A stretch of 63,384 nt of DNA, the filler included, from Octopus bimaculoides (lineage: Eukaryota): assembly GCF_001194135.2 (NCBI RefSeq). It is 8 parts of 8 records of this genome, joined end to end, with 100 filler letters (N's around TTAATTAATTAA, not from the genome) between each part and the next. Parts side by side here need not be neighbours in the genome. Positions count along the whole stretch, not along the records: positions 20,343 to 45,946 come from NC_068982.1; 7 more parts are not named here. The stretch is one strand, 5' to 3'. Position numbers and translations under genes: made by a program. Of the stretch, positions 24,601 through 37,400 are shown piece after piece. Positions within the stretch are counted from its first letter, which is position 1. Each line of letters starts with the position of its first letter. The notes under the pieces were generated by a model. It was not told the DNA's origin, did no database searches, and saw only the letters and a program-made list of their open reading frames with translations.

Positions 24601-24933
24601 CAATTACTATGTACTCAAAGACAGCCAATTCTTTTTTCGATCAATTAGCAGCTTATCAACCAACTCATCAGCCAGCAACCAGCAGACTAACGAACAAACT
24701 TTTAATGATTCAGCTAAATACCCACTAATTAAGAAAACATCGTCTTTTAATTTCTTATAAGCTCCTTTGTCAGAAACTAAACTAAACCACACACACACAT
24801 ACAAACACAGAATTCCCCCATCCTTCCCCTACCAAGAAAACAAAGCAAGACAAATATCCAATGTGTGTGTGTGTGAGAGAGAGAGAGAGACAGAGACAGA
24901 GAGAGACAGAGAGAGACAGAGAGAGAGAGAGAG

Positions 24934-24967
<34 letters not shown>

Positions 24968-25473
24968 GTAATAGTCAATGAAGCGATCTTTATCCGAACA
25001 TCCGTTTTGACATATGTCACATTGAACACAAACCCTGAGACTGGTTACTCGATTATGCATCTTTAATTAGATAAATCTTTTGATCATAAATTAGCGCATA
25101 AAGTCAGATTTTGTAACACGCACCACCTGTTGTGTCAGCAATACACATCCCACTGTCTTTTTTATAATATACTATATCTGTAGAGTTTTTTCTTCTTTGA
25201 TATACATGCATATATATATATCAGCTTTGTTTTCATCTTTCTTTTATTTTTTCATTTATTTATTTGTTTTTTGACAGTTTACCAAGCTCCTTAGTGTCTT
25301 CATTGCGGACTGATTTATTCTTGGATTAAATTATGTTATTAATTATACGCCTTCCTTTCTGCAAAACTCAGAAAAAATATTGAATGATACAGCAGGATAA
25401 CTTGTTAGTCAACTAGATGGGGAGAGAGAGGAGGGAGAAGGAGAGAGAGAGAACAGAGACAGGGAGAGAGTGA

Positions 25474-25511
<38 letters not shown>

Positions 25512-25689
25512 AACAAACAAACAAACAAACAAACAAACAAAGGAGGAGCAGAGAAAAAAGAGGGACCATGATAGCTAAACATTTCCAACACTATATCTTT
25601 TATTTTTCTACCATAGAGAAAATAAAAACCTTGATAAATTGCCACCGATTCAGTGGACTATGTCACCCAGATAAGAGTGTGGCTTTATG

Positions 25690-26016
25690 CCTAGACATCG
25701 TTCGCTGGTCGGACAAAATGATTAGCGGTGTATCTTCTGACAATACGTTCAGAGTTCAAATGCTGCCGAAATTGACTTTGCAATTCATACTTTAGGAGCC
25801 GATACAATTATCAGTGCTTGGACCGATGTAATCGACGATCCACCTGTTTCGAAATTTCAGGCGTTGTGACTATTATAGAAAGTATTATTACGCCAGAAAA
25901 AAATGTTCAGTGGTACATCATCAGGTTTTACGTTTTGAGTTCAAACTCCAACGAGTAAGACACCTCATTTCAGGATTGATAAAATGACTATCAGTTGGTA
26001 AATCACTGCTCGTGTC

Positions 26017-26020
<4 letters not shown>
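25690..26020 (+). mobile_element. SINE family B fragments, the second ending TATCAGTTGGTAAATCACTGCTCGTGTCC-(ATT)n
   Basis: GAGTTCAAAT B-boxes at about 25750 and 25938. The same tail occurs reverse-complemented at 41408-41436. Confidence 0.65.
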
Positions 26021-26071
<51 letters not shown>

Positions 26072-26074
26072 TTC

Positions 26075-26232
26075 TTTGAACAGCTTCTAACGCTGCAGAT
26101 GTACTACGGTACCAGCTTTTCACTACCAGTGAACTAAGGTAACACCCCTTATTTTTCGAGCACCATCCGGAATATTCAAGCGGTTCCAAGCAGTGCTGTT
26201 TTCTGCAGGTGCTCCACCCTTATTGCAGCCTC
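26075..26232 (-). mobile_element. R4/Dong-like non-LTR retrotransposon 3' end (subfamily 1)
   Basis: Minus VEHLQKTALLGTA*IFRMVLEK*, and a 3' UTR matching 39715-39862 and 54540-54690. Abuts (ATT)n. Confidence 0.8.
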
Positions 26233-26775
26233 TGTTTGTTCCATTATTATTATTTAGTAGTTTTATTGTTATAACGTGCTTTCACTTCACTACCGAGTGC
26301 AGCTCTGTGCGCCTTGGGTATGTGCTGTGGTTTGCTGTGTTGTTCTTATGGTTACTGTATTGAAAGTGTTTTGCGTAGGATGTGTGCAGTGCCCGGTAGT
26401 GCAATTTTCTGTATGTTATATATATTTGTAAGTCCTGGTGTTTTTGTTATGTATTTGTCTGAATATTTTTTATCATGCCTAATGCGCCTACTATGATAGG
26501 AATTGTTTCTGTTTTCAGATTCCACGTTCGAGTTACCTCTATTTCCAGGTCTTTGAATTTTGAAAGTTTCTCCATTTCTTCTAGAGAAACGTTGTCATCT
26601 GCTGGTATTGATACACCAATTAGAAAGCATTTTTTTCTTCATGATCTCTGACAACTATATCTGGCCTATTGGCCTTAATTTCTCTATCTGTGTGTATTGG
26701 CATATCCCAGAGTATGTTTGCTTTCTCGTTTTCTGTGACCTTTTCTAGCGTATGCCTACACCATCTTTTTTCTGT
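26232..26775 (-). mobile_element. R4/Dong-like restriction-like endonuclease (RLE) region and 3' UTR (subfamily 2)
   Basis: HYGITTEKRW..ENEKANILWDMPIHTDREIKANRPDIVVRD..TIPIIVGALGMIKK..IQKIALPGTAHILRKTL; contains the PD..D RLE motif, with frameshifts. Confidence 0.85.
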
Positions 26776-26924
26776 TGTTATTCCATAGTGATGGCAAAAC
26801 GTATTCAGCAACATTAATGATAAATAAAAAAAACATAAAAATAAACAAGCTTTTGACGGTTTTATTGCTCTTTCAAAATTATGATGCTATGATGCTAGGT
26901 ATTTTCATTATTTTACCCAACCCC

Positions 26925-27068
26925 TATATATGTTATATACTTGTAAGTCCTGGTATTTTTGTTATGTATTTATCTGAATGTATTTTTTTATCATACATGA
27001 TGCGCCTACTATGATAGGAATTGTTACTGTTTTTAAGCTTCAAATTCGAGTTACCTCTATTTCCAGAT
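26925..27068 (-). mobile_element. Second short copy of the subfamily 2 RLE segment
   Basis: Near-duplicate of about 26405-26552 (GTAAGTCCTGGT..TTTGTTATGTATTT..CTGAAT..CGAGTTACCTCTATTTCCAG). Confidence 0.8.
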
Positions 27069-27078
27069 CTTTTATTAC

Positions 27079-27138
<60 letters not shown>

Positions 27139-27479
27139 CCTCTTCTTTCAATTTTGTTTCCATTTCTTGCTGACTGTCTTCCCGGCAAAGAGACTCACTG
27201 TATACATTGGTAGGCCATTAAAATAAACACACCAGATTGTTCATTTACAAAGTCATGTGGTAGAACGAACGGGGAAGAAAGAAAGAAAGAAAGTAAGAAA
27301 GAAAGAAAGAAAAAAGAAAGAGGGAAAATGGAAAAAAAAACTGAGAAAATAATGGGTAAAAAAGTAAAGAAAATTCACAGCGACAATGCTCTTCTCAATA
27401 CGTGTGGCGTACCAGTTAAACAACCTTTTGCATTTCTTGCATGGATGGTAAGCCAAGGATCATCCTCGAATAATTTTCA

Positions 27480-28746
27480 GTTCTTTTTTTTTATCATTCT
27501 AAGTACTCCTACAATCGCTGGAATTGAAACATACTGTGCTGCTCTATCATACCTGTTGTGATACTCTGTAGGCGCAAGAAGACTGCGCATGGAGACATGA
27601 TTGATAGTTTCATTTTGTTGTTGACATACACGACGTGTTGGGTTACTGCCGTTCTTTAGTATGTCGGCCTGGTAGCTCCTTGTAGGTGGGCATTGATCTT
27701 GCTATGATGAACCCTTTTGTTTCTGATTTTAAGCCAGGAGACACTAACCATTGTTGGGTAAGGGCTTTGGCAGCATCGGCAATATTAGCTCTCTATGAGT
27801 ATTTGCCATTGAGAGGTTTTTCTCACCATTTATCAGTAAGAATATCTAAGGTAGCAGTTTTAGCACGGGTTTTCATACGCTTAGCTTTTCCTGTGCTTGC
27901 TTCCAGTACGTCTAATTCTGGAGTTTGTTGTAGTTGGAATTCACTTAGATATTTCTTTGCCTGTTTTTGTTACTGCGTATGGTGTTTTCTTGTTTTCGTG
28001 TTTATAACAAGTTTTAACATCCAGTCATCAGAGTTTTTCAGGTAGGTGTTTGGGCCAATTGTGGCAATCTTCATTGTTAATAACAGTTGTAAAAGTCCGA
28101 GACCACCCTCTTTTCTCGGAAGGTAAAGTCGTTCTACATATGCCTTAGGGTTGAGTATTCTATGCATTTTCAACAATTTTCCTATTTTTCTGTCAAAGTT
28201 ACATATTTCAGTAATTGACCAGTTAATAATATTGAAACTGTAAGTCACTATCGGTATGGCTAAAGTATTGATCGCTTCGATCCTATTTCTTGCATTCAGC
28301 TCTGTCTTGAGTATTCCGTTTACCCTGCGATAAAATTTTTTCTGATCCTTTCCCTCACCATTGAATGTTTGATTCCATCCCCTTCATATATCCCTAGGTA
28401 TTTGTAGCTCTCCGCTGGTTCTAACTCCCTTATGACATTCTGCTAATCAAGATTAACGTTGGATGCTTCTATCATTTTACCTCTGATAAAGGTTGCATTT
28501 GTACACTTATCGAGGCCAAATTGCATCCTGATATCATCACTGAACTGTTTAACAATTGCTAGTAAGCCCTGTAGTTACAAAGAGTTTTAAATCATCCATG
28601 TAAAGGAGATGATTTACATTTTTATCAAACATCTTGTAGCCATATTGTACATCATCGAGCAATTTCGAGAGAGGTATTAAGGTTAGACAAAAGAGGTGTG
28701 GTGATAGGGAATCACCCTGGAAAATGCCACATAAAATTCTTACTGT
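27480..28746 (-). mobile_element. Decayed R4/Dong-like LINE, RT C-terminal half and Zn/RHD region
   Basis: Minus ..GIFQGDSLSPHLFCLTLIPLS..NHLLYMDDLKL..IEAINTLAIPIVTYSF..ERLYLPRKEGGLGL.., with many stops and frameshifts. Confidence 0.85.
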
Positions 28747-30201
28747 TTGAAGTCAGTGCAAAGATGGAAGAAAAAAGCACAAAATTGGCAGACCAAAGGT
28801 GACTTCACCACGAGATTTTAGAAAAATCAAGAGGAGTGTGCTAGCAAACCTACACAGCACAAGCAAAGCTATTTTCGACCATGCAGGAATGTCTGACATC
28901 TCTAAAAGGACCCGAAATCGGATTTTGAAACAAATAGCCGACCAGAGAACACCGACAAAATGTCCTCCTTTGAGTGATATCAACTGTCAGAAGCGACTAG
29001 CATGGGCCACTAAATATTTGAAAACCAATTTTCAAAATGTTCTCTGGACTGACGAGGCTAGAGCATCCCTCGACGGTCCCGACGGTTGGACCAAGGGATG
29101 GNNNNNNNNNNNNNNNNNNNNNNNNNNNNNNNNNNNNNNNNNNNNNNNNNNNNNNNNNNNNNNNNNNNNNNNNNNNNNNNNNNNNNNNNNNNNNNNNNNN
29201 NNNNNNNNNNNNNNNNNNNNNNNNNNNNNNNNNNNNNNNNNNNNNNNNNNNNNNNNNNNNNNNNNNNNNNNNNNNNNNNNNNNNNNNNNNNNNNNNNNNN
29301 NNNNNNNNNNNNNNNNNNNNNNNNNNNNNNNNNNNNNNNNNNNNNNNNNNNNNNNNNNNNNNNNNNNNNNNNNNNNNNNNNNNNNNNNNNNNNNNNNNNN
29401 NNNNNNNNNNNNNNNNNNNNNNNNNNNNNNNNNNNNNNNNNNNNNNNNNNNNNNNNNNNNNNNNNNNNNNNNNNNNNNNNNNNNNNNNNNNNNNNNNNNN
29501 NNNNNNNNNNNNNNNNNNNNNNNNNNNNNNNNNNNNNNNNNNNNNNNNNNNNNNNNNNNNNNNNNNNNNNNNNNNNNNNNNNNNNNNNNNNNNNNNNNNN
29601 NNNNNNNNNNNNNNNNNNNNNNNNNNNNNNNNNNNNNNNNNNNNNNNNNNNNNNNNNNNNNNNNNNNNNNNNNNNNNNNNNNNNNNNNNNNNNNNNNNNN
29701 NNNNNNNNNNNNNNNNNNNNNNNNNNNNNNNNNNNNNNNNNNNNNNNNNNNNNNNNNNNNNNNNNNNNNNNNNNNNNNNNNNNNNNNNNNNNNNNNNNNN
29801 NNNNNNNNNNNNNNNNGTATAAAGGGTTAAATTGTTTTATAAATTTGTATTGTTTTGTTAATTGTTATTTGAGCAATAACTGTTGCTTTCTTGTAATATG
29901 TTATCAATATATGGTACTATTATCATAATGACACAATGTTTCAAATTATATTATGTTTAAAAATGTTATTTATTTCGAATAAATGAGTCTTGCAAACTCT
30001 TTTGGCCCATATTTCTTCCTGAAATTTTTTAAAAATCCATATTTTCCCCCCAGAATATGATTATTTGGTTTCCGTCTCTAGGAATTTACTTTATATATTT
30101 GCATATCGAACAATGAGTAACATAGTTATTATATTGGAAAATATTGAAGCATAAATTTATCAATATATACAATTTGCAAACACTTTTGACACCCACAGTA
30201 T
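28747..30201 (+). mobile_element. Tc1-family transposon (gapped) inserted in the Dong LINE
   Basis: GRPKVTSPRDFRKIKR..KRTRNRIL..KCPPLSDINCQKRLAWATKYLKTNFQNVLWTDEARASLDGPDGW. TIR-like ends TTGCAAACTCTTTTGGCCCA (about 29990) and TTGCAAACACTTTTGACACCCACAG-TA (about 30175-30201); left TIR not seen. Confidence 0.8.
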
Positions 30202-31900
30202 TTCGCAGAGTAGGTGCTATTTTATAAATTTTCAGACATTTCTTAATCCACCTAGGTGGTAGACTATCAAAAGTTCTTTTATAGTCTATCCAGGCTATCC
30301 ACAAGTTCTTGTGATGTTTGTGACAATCTTTCAAGATCATCTTATTGATGAGTAGCTGATCTTTACAACCATAGGACCCACTTTTACATCCTTTTTGCTT
30401 ATCAGGAAATATGCCACGTTTTATTAAAAAAAAACTATAGGTGTATTCAACCAGGACAAACGTTAGTATTTTACACATTGTTGTTAAGCAGGTTATGGGT
30501 CTATAACTATTGGTTCATTTGTTTCTTCATTTTTTGGAAGTAGAAATGTAACAACATAAACTAGCCAAGAGAGAATCGTACTAGGTTGTTGCAAAACATT
30601 GTTGTAAAGTTTTCTTAACAGTTCGTGACTCTGCGAAAGCATTCAACCAGAAGTTAGGAATTCTATCCTTTGATTTCCTGAGAGCAGATATTACATCCTC
30701 TACCTTGATACTCTCCAACTTTTGTCTTCTAAGGAATCTTAGTCAGTAGATATTCTATCAATCCAATTGTGTGTTTTTTTCCTTCTGCCCAAATTATATT
30801 CCAAAATTCCTGCACTTCATTCGATGGGACAGACTTTACTGTAACTGGTATTTTCCCTATCTTCCTGTAAAAGTTTTTGGGGTTATTTTTTAACATGTTG
30901 TTCTCCTTGAAGAACCTAACGCGCTTTTCATATCGTGCTATGCCGGCAGATTTAGCACATACATTTTGCTTCATAGTTTCTATGGTGGTATCGATGTCAA
31001 ATATGGTTTTCATATTATACTTCTTTAATTTTCGGATTTTTGTTGGTTTGATATTCTTGTCAAACTTAAGGTTTTTTAAACATTCTATGTCAGATCCAAG
31101 TAACTGAATTTAGTGTTGAATACGCTCTCGCCAAATAATCTTTTTGTTGGAATGTTGTCGTTTTCTAATCTTTTCACTACAGAGAATTGTTGAGATCTTT
31201 GCGGATGCATTGTACGGGTGATTAAAAACTGTAATATCAACATCATTAGCTGAAATTTTATCCTCAAGTGCAAGGCGGATTTTACCAATTACTTTCAGGT
31301 TTTGGTTAGAGATGTGAATTTTTGGGAGAGTGTCACGTTCATTCATACTAGTTTCTTTAATTTTCAGCCATTCAATCATGATTTGATTTTTTAGATCATC
31401 AAGTTCAGTTGGGTAAGTTTCTGTGTAACTTTCTTCATCTATTTGATTTTCATCTGCATTGGTGTTTATGGTTGGTTTAGAGAGTATTTCACTTTGCTTA
31501 TCAGTTTCATTGACCCTTTCTATCATTACTGCATTTTCCTCAGACCAGAGTTAATCTGGAACTATTTCCTTAGTAATATCTGATTTAGCTGCAACTTCGT
31601 TCCTTTTTATCCCTTATTGATTGCTTAATTTGGTCAATCTCTAATTCAGTTATTAATTTCCTTTTCATAATGTTTCTTCTGGCGTTGGCAAGTCTGATAA
31701 TATCAATGTAGGATCTTACTTCAAGGTGCTTCTGTCTCCAGTTTAGGTGATTTATCATTAGTGTTGCTTCCGACAGAGGATACTTTATAATGATTTTCAA
31801 GGTGCATAAGACTTCTAACATACTATGTTTTTAATAAATATAATTCTTCTTTGTCAGTATAGGTGATGTATTCTAAATGCAGTCATTATTTTTTACATCG
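30202..31900 (-). mobile_element. Same Dong-like LINE, N-terminal region and RT domains 0-3
   Basis: ..QKGCKSGSYGCKDQLLINKMIL..NLWIAWIDYKRTFDSLPPRWIKKCLKIYKIAPTL. Upstream pieces include ..IARYEKRVRFFKENNMLKNNPKNFYRKI and IIRLANARRNIMKRKLITELEIDQIK. Confidence 0.85.
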
Positions 31901-32094
31901 AATTAAGAATAACTACTCGTATATTGCTGTCTAGACATTTTTTCTTTGTCTTTTCTCTACTTTGAATATTAATGCATCTGCTCTTATTCCTCTTTCATAT
32001 TTTTTTATGTATGTTCTACACAGTCTGATTCATTATCCCTTAAGTATTTTTGTGTCAGTGTTGTAATTTATTATTTTTTATTTATGCGCCCTTC

Positions 32095-32192
32095 TAAAGC
32101 CTAGCCAGGCTCATGGGCCCGGTTTCCCGATTTCTATGGCATATGTGTTCCCCGCCCCCACCCCAGCTGGACGGTACGCCAGTCCATCGCAG
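32095..32192 (-). mobile_element. SINE 3' fragment with V-domain-like CTGCGATGGACTGGCG motif
   Basis: Reverse complement CTGCGATGGACTGGCGTACCGTCCAGC...GGGAAACCGGGCCCATGAGCCTGGCTAGGC. Related motif at about 38750. Confidence 0.55.
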
Positions 32193-32824
32193 TTTGTTGT
32201 AATTTACTTATCTCAATTTCTTTATCTGATCTTATATTAGTGCTTTTATTTGTTTTACTCTCTTCAAAGTTGTCTCACCATATTTTTTGCAAGAGCGTCG
32301 TTAGGATCTTTGCATTCTAAGCTGAAATCCCTCTGAGTGGAGTTTGTCTTTTCATTTATTTGGGGTCTATAAAATAAAACATCTGCAAAGTATCGGAGTC
32401 AGTTTATTCGAGAAATTCCCTCACCCAATATTGCTGGATTTGTGTCTAAATGAGAAACATTTTTGTTTTGTCTTCATAATGAATTTTTGTTTTTCTTATA
32501 ATGAATTTGCGTGCAAAATAAAGTAGAACATCTTTCTTTTCGTCTCTCTCACCAAGCAATATATTGAAATTGTCACATCTGAAATGAATTAAAACTGTTA
32601 ACATCTGAACTCAGATTGTGCATTCAGAGAGACCCTGACGATTTATGAATATTTAGTAACATTGAAGAATGAATTATTTCGATCAATTCCTTGATATCGA
32701 AAACAGCTTGAAACTTGAGTTCATTATGTGAGAAAGGTGATAGCTCAACCTAACGGATTTCATTAGATGTAGATTTTAATATATCGCTTCATTATTTCCA
32801 GAGATAGGAAAGCATTGTAGTAAG

Positions 32825-33745
32825 TATTAGGTCATCCCATAAATAATGCGGTTTTTTCAATTGCTTGAACTAAAAGTTGGAGGGGGCGGGATAAACTACC
32901 TGCATCAACTCGCTATAAAAGCAAGTAGTAATTTTACCTTGTCTTTATTCTTAGTGCAAATTTTGAAGTGTGCAGTTCAATTTTAACAGTTATTTTTGTC
33001 GAAGCTATAATGAAATTGACGAAGGAGCATATTCGGTATATTTTGCATTATGAGTTCAATAAAGGCAACAATGTAACAGAAAGTGCGAGGAATATTAATG
33101 CAGTATATGGGGATCGGAGAATAAACGTAAGCCAGTGTCAACGGTAGTTCCAGGAATTCCGAGCTGGAAACTACAGTCTGGAAGACCAACCTACTCCTGG
33201 AAGATATGTAGAGCTTAATCAGGGCGTCCTGCAAACTCTGGTAGAACAAAATTCCATCGCAACCGTTAAGCAGTGAAGTTTAGATTTGATCATTTAACCA
33301 TTCATCGACACCTGTGCTAGAAGAAATACGACCATCTTTGGTTTCAAAACGAAAGGTGTTCTTTCATCAGAATAATGTTCGGCCACATACAGTGAGGATG
33401 ACATTCCAAAAGCTGGAGCAGTTTGAGTGGGAAACGATGCTTCACCCACCATATTCGCCGGACATTGCTCCATCTGATTATCATTTATTCCGCAGTTTTC
33501 AACATCATTTGGTCTGAAAAAATATGAATTCTGTAGACGAGATCAGAACAGTACTGGAGGAGCATTTTTGGTCACGGACAAGTGAATTTTGGAAGCGAGG
33601 CCTTGCAATTCTACCAGATAGATAGAACAGCATTGCAGAAAATGAAAGAGAGTATATTTTAGATTAAAAATGGAATTTGTTTATCTTAATTATGAAAAAT
33701 AAAAAAAGTATTAAAAAAACGCATTATTTATGGGATGACCCAATA
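32825..33745 (+). mobile_element. Mariner transposon with both TIRs, internally deleted pseudogene
   Basis: TA-flanked TIRs TTAGGTCATCCCATAAATAATGCGG / CGCATTATTTATGGGATGACCCAA. MKLTKEHIRYILHYEFNKG.. jumps to ..VFFHQNNVRPH..HPPYSPDIAPSDYHLFRS; the WVPHEL/TCDEKW segment is missing and stops are present. Confidence 0.92.
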
Positions 33746-33873
33746 TTTTATTTTACAGTGAAAACACTCGTACACGTGCACTAAAACATGCAGAGGCATA
33801 CACACAGAAAAACCTATATACACCTACCTATCTATGTATCCCCTGCATCTATGTATGTATGTATGTATGTATG

Positions 33874-33921
<48 letters not shown>

Positions 33922-33966
33922 GATCGATCTAACCATTTGTCTGTCGTCTATCTGTGTGTCTGTCTG

Positions 33967-33999
<33 letters not shown>

Positions 34000-34012
34000 T
34001 TCNNNNNNNNNN

Positions 34013-34064
<52 letters not shown>

Positions 34065-34761
34065 TCTCTATTTGTGTGTGTGTGTGTGTGTGTGTCTATG
34101 CTCACAATCTTGTTACAGAACAAAGAACAATGAAAGAATGCTCAATACTGGTTACACAAAATATTGAGTAGAATACCATCCAGAGTATAGATTTTATCTT
34201 ATCTTTTCCACATAGATCTTACAACAGGATACATTAGATAATGTAGTTCCAGATATACTATTCCTAGAAATAAGATGAGATATTCATGATGGAACAACAA
34301 GAACACCTGGAATCATAGGTTTCCTTTATAAGAGAGCTCAGACTAAGCCTCCCCACACTAACAACAAGAACAACAAAATCAACTAATGATAAATTTATTA
34401 AGCGCTATTCAGAAGTTCAACATAAGGGATGAGTTTGTAGAATGCGCAGACGTAGAATTACCATAATCAACCATTTCAGTTCCTACTAATGTTCGAAGCT
34501 ATTTTTGCTTCTATATTAATCTACGTCATATCTAAAATCCCGTTGGTAATTATAATTCTCAAGGTCCAGTCTAATGGCAGAATAGAGATTAGTTTTTGTT
34601 CAAAATATAATAAATCTGCTAGCGTGTACTTACACACTAACACGCATGCATACATACAAATATATTTGTGTCTTCACGTATGTATGTCGTATGTGTGTTG
34701 CGTACGTTTGTGTGTATATGTATATATAAGTACATATTTATATCTATATATCGATATCTAA

Positions 34762-34861
<100 letters not shown>

Positions 34862-36384
34862 TTATGTATATATATATACATTCACGTACACACATATATA
34901 TAGACAAACATCGATACATACATAATACATACACACACACAATCACGCACACATAATTCAGAGAGGGAGAGAAGGAGAGGGACAGAGAAAGAAGCGAAGA
35001 TATCAAGCTGTCAAAATTACGCAGCAAGCGTTGGGATATACACACAGATTCCTCTGAGTGAATCGGCCGTGTTTTAGCTGGATTTGTCAACGATATTGGC
35101 AAATCTCTTTTGCTGACATTGAGAAATCGGGCGCCAGTCAGTATTTCAATCAATGACGAATGATACGTTTTGAACCGATGAGACTTTGCGGCTGCCAGTG
35201 CTCAGACTATATATCCGATGTTTCTCCTTCTGATTCTGATGAAAGAGCTGTGTCAAATTTTGTACTAATACACATCGACCATGTTACGAGGGCAGGGGTG
35301 TTTGCCGATGATTTCGAACAAGTTGTTCTGTTGGCTGATTGCCAGTTAAGTAAGTCTCTAGTTATCGCAAACATATCTCGTATATTCAAAGAAAGCCATC
35401 ATTTCTCACCAGTGCAGTGTGAAAATGAAATCAACAGAGCATAACTTTCTAACATTTATTAATATTTCTAAAAGTTCTTGAACCAGGTACATCGACGATA
35501 CTTTCAGAATATAACTTGTCAAACTAGAAACAAGCGGTGATTTGACTTTAAGATTACGAAAAAAAAAAAAAAAAAGAAAAAAAAAGTTAAAATGAAACAA
35601 CTAAATCTATAAATAAAGATATGTAGAAAGATATTAATGCATTAGCAAATCGAATACAATTCTCGCAAAGTTTTATAAAGTTTCATTGTAAATATACATT
35701 ACTGTCTGCTGTGTGTAAGATAAATGACATCTCTTTTTACTTCCAATTCTTTTCTTTAAACAATACTACTACCACTACTACCCCTATTGTTGTTGTTGCT
35801 GTTATTGTTGCTGCTGCTGCTGTTGATTGTTGATGATGATGATGATGAGGAGGAGGAGGTGGAGGAGGATAAGGATAATGATGATGATGGTGTTGTTGTT
35901 TTTATTTGTTGAAGCTTGCATTTGCAATCAGATGCTTTGATCGATGTGATTTTTATAGAAATCAAGAAATATTGCTGCTTAATTATTATTCAGTTGCTGT
36001 CGCAATCAAGTCCATGAACATCGTACGAGTTGTCATCCTAATAATCAACCTTATCAGTTTCGACAATATCCTTTTTCTCTACCCCATCATCATCATCATC
36101 CACGAATGCATTTGTAACCTCCACTTGTTCATTCGTAACAACAATCAAAGGATTCCACATAACTATCTGCTATATCTATAATCGCAACCTCTATTTAGCA
36201 TTACCATTATATAGACGTTCAACTTCTAATATCTTCTGTCTGGTGTTATTTATGCCAAAGGCAGTACATATCAATTTCCCATCAAATAAGACTCAATATA
36301 GACTTCGATTCTCGTCAGTCACCTTTTCATATTGTCTTCGAGAAATCATTGTTGATGTTTACACTAGATACTTTTTATTAATTA

Positions 36385-36427
<43 letters not shown>

Positions 36428-36708
36428 NNNNNNNNNNNNNNNNNNNNNNNNNNNNNNNNNNNNNNNNNNNNNNNNNNNNNNNNNNNNNNNNNNNNNNNNN
36501 NNNNNNNNNNNNNNNNNNNNNNNNNNNNNNNNNNNNNNNNNNNNNNNNNNNNNNNNNNNNNNNNNNNNNNNNNNNNNNNNNNNNNNNNNNNNNNNNNNNN
36601 NNNNNNNNNNNNNNNNNNNNNNATATATATATATATATATATACACATATATATATATACGGAGCAAATAGCGAGAAAATATTTGTGAGGATATCATTGA
36701 CTCTATTA

Positions 36709-36911
36709 TTATCCGGTGGTCTCTTCACAAATAGTTTCTCGTGAATTATTTGCTCCGTATTGAAATTCACACTTGTGGCTGCCAGGATTCGGCGCAAAAC
36801 GAATCACTTGCAGCGCGGACTTCAACGCGACGGGTTGAGGCTCTTCATCATTGTAACACATGCTGAGGAAGGTGAGGTCAGTCCAGAAACCGGTGCACGC
36901 AAATCCAAATA
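36709..36911 (-). CDS. Candidate terminal coding exon with 4 Cys (C-type-lectin-like ending), possibly of the mucin-stalk gene
   Basis: Unique, GC-enriched, stop-free frame FGFACTGFWTDLTFLSMCYNDEEPQPVALKSALQVIRFAPNPGSHKCEFQYGANNSRETICEETTG ending in TAA TAA TAG. Only a weak AAG acceptor (phase 1) is seen. Confidence 0.4.
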
Positions 36912-37071
36912 CTTGAATGTATGATGAGAGATTGTCTTAACCCGTTTGCCTTCGGACAGTTGATTTCTGTAGTTATTATCAGTGTCTTTTGGCGATTTAA
37001 ATAAGAGTTTTGACTAATTTCCAGCAGGTAGACATATTTAGTGTGTCCTTTGATTAATTTTAATATATATT

Positions 37072-37400
37072 AGAACAAGTAGAAAGATAAATTTTATTCA
37101 ACGCATAGATACTGAACCGTATAGATATAAAGGATAAAATCTTTTTTTCTTTTTAAAAGCAGAAAAATTTGTCAGCAGCCAGCCATGAGGACCGAACTCA
37201 CATCCCTCTAATATCCGGTTAGAATGCTTTACCATTTAAACTAAACAGCCCGACAGGCAAATTTTTCTGCAATTTAAGAAGTTATAGAATCATCCAGGAA
37301 CGCTAGATGTCCTATAGGTTACGCCGTATGTAAAGAAACAAGTTTACTTTTCGGAGCGCTGAAATGTATGGTAGAACAAGTAGAAAGATAAATTTTAATA
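37072..37400 (-). repeat. Composite repeat: tRNA-like segment between short inverted repeats, flanked by 25-bp direct repeats
   Basis: AGAACAAGTAGAAAGATAAATTTTA at about 37072 and 37373; GCAGAAAAATTTGTC / GGCAAATTTTTCTGC IR; minus-strand TAGTTTAAATGG and GAGTTCGGTCC box-like motifs. Confidence 0.5.

Noticed and set aside
37180-37255. Genuine tRNA gene
   Set aside because: A- and B-boxes are degenerate and no convincing acceptor stem forms; treated as a tRNA-derived repeat.
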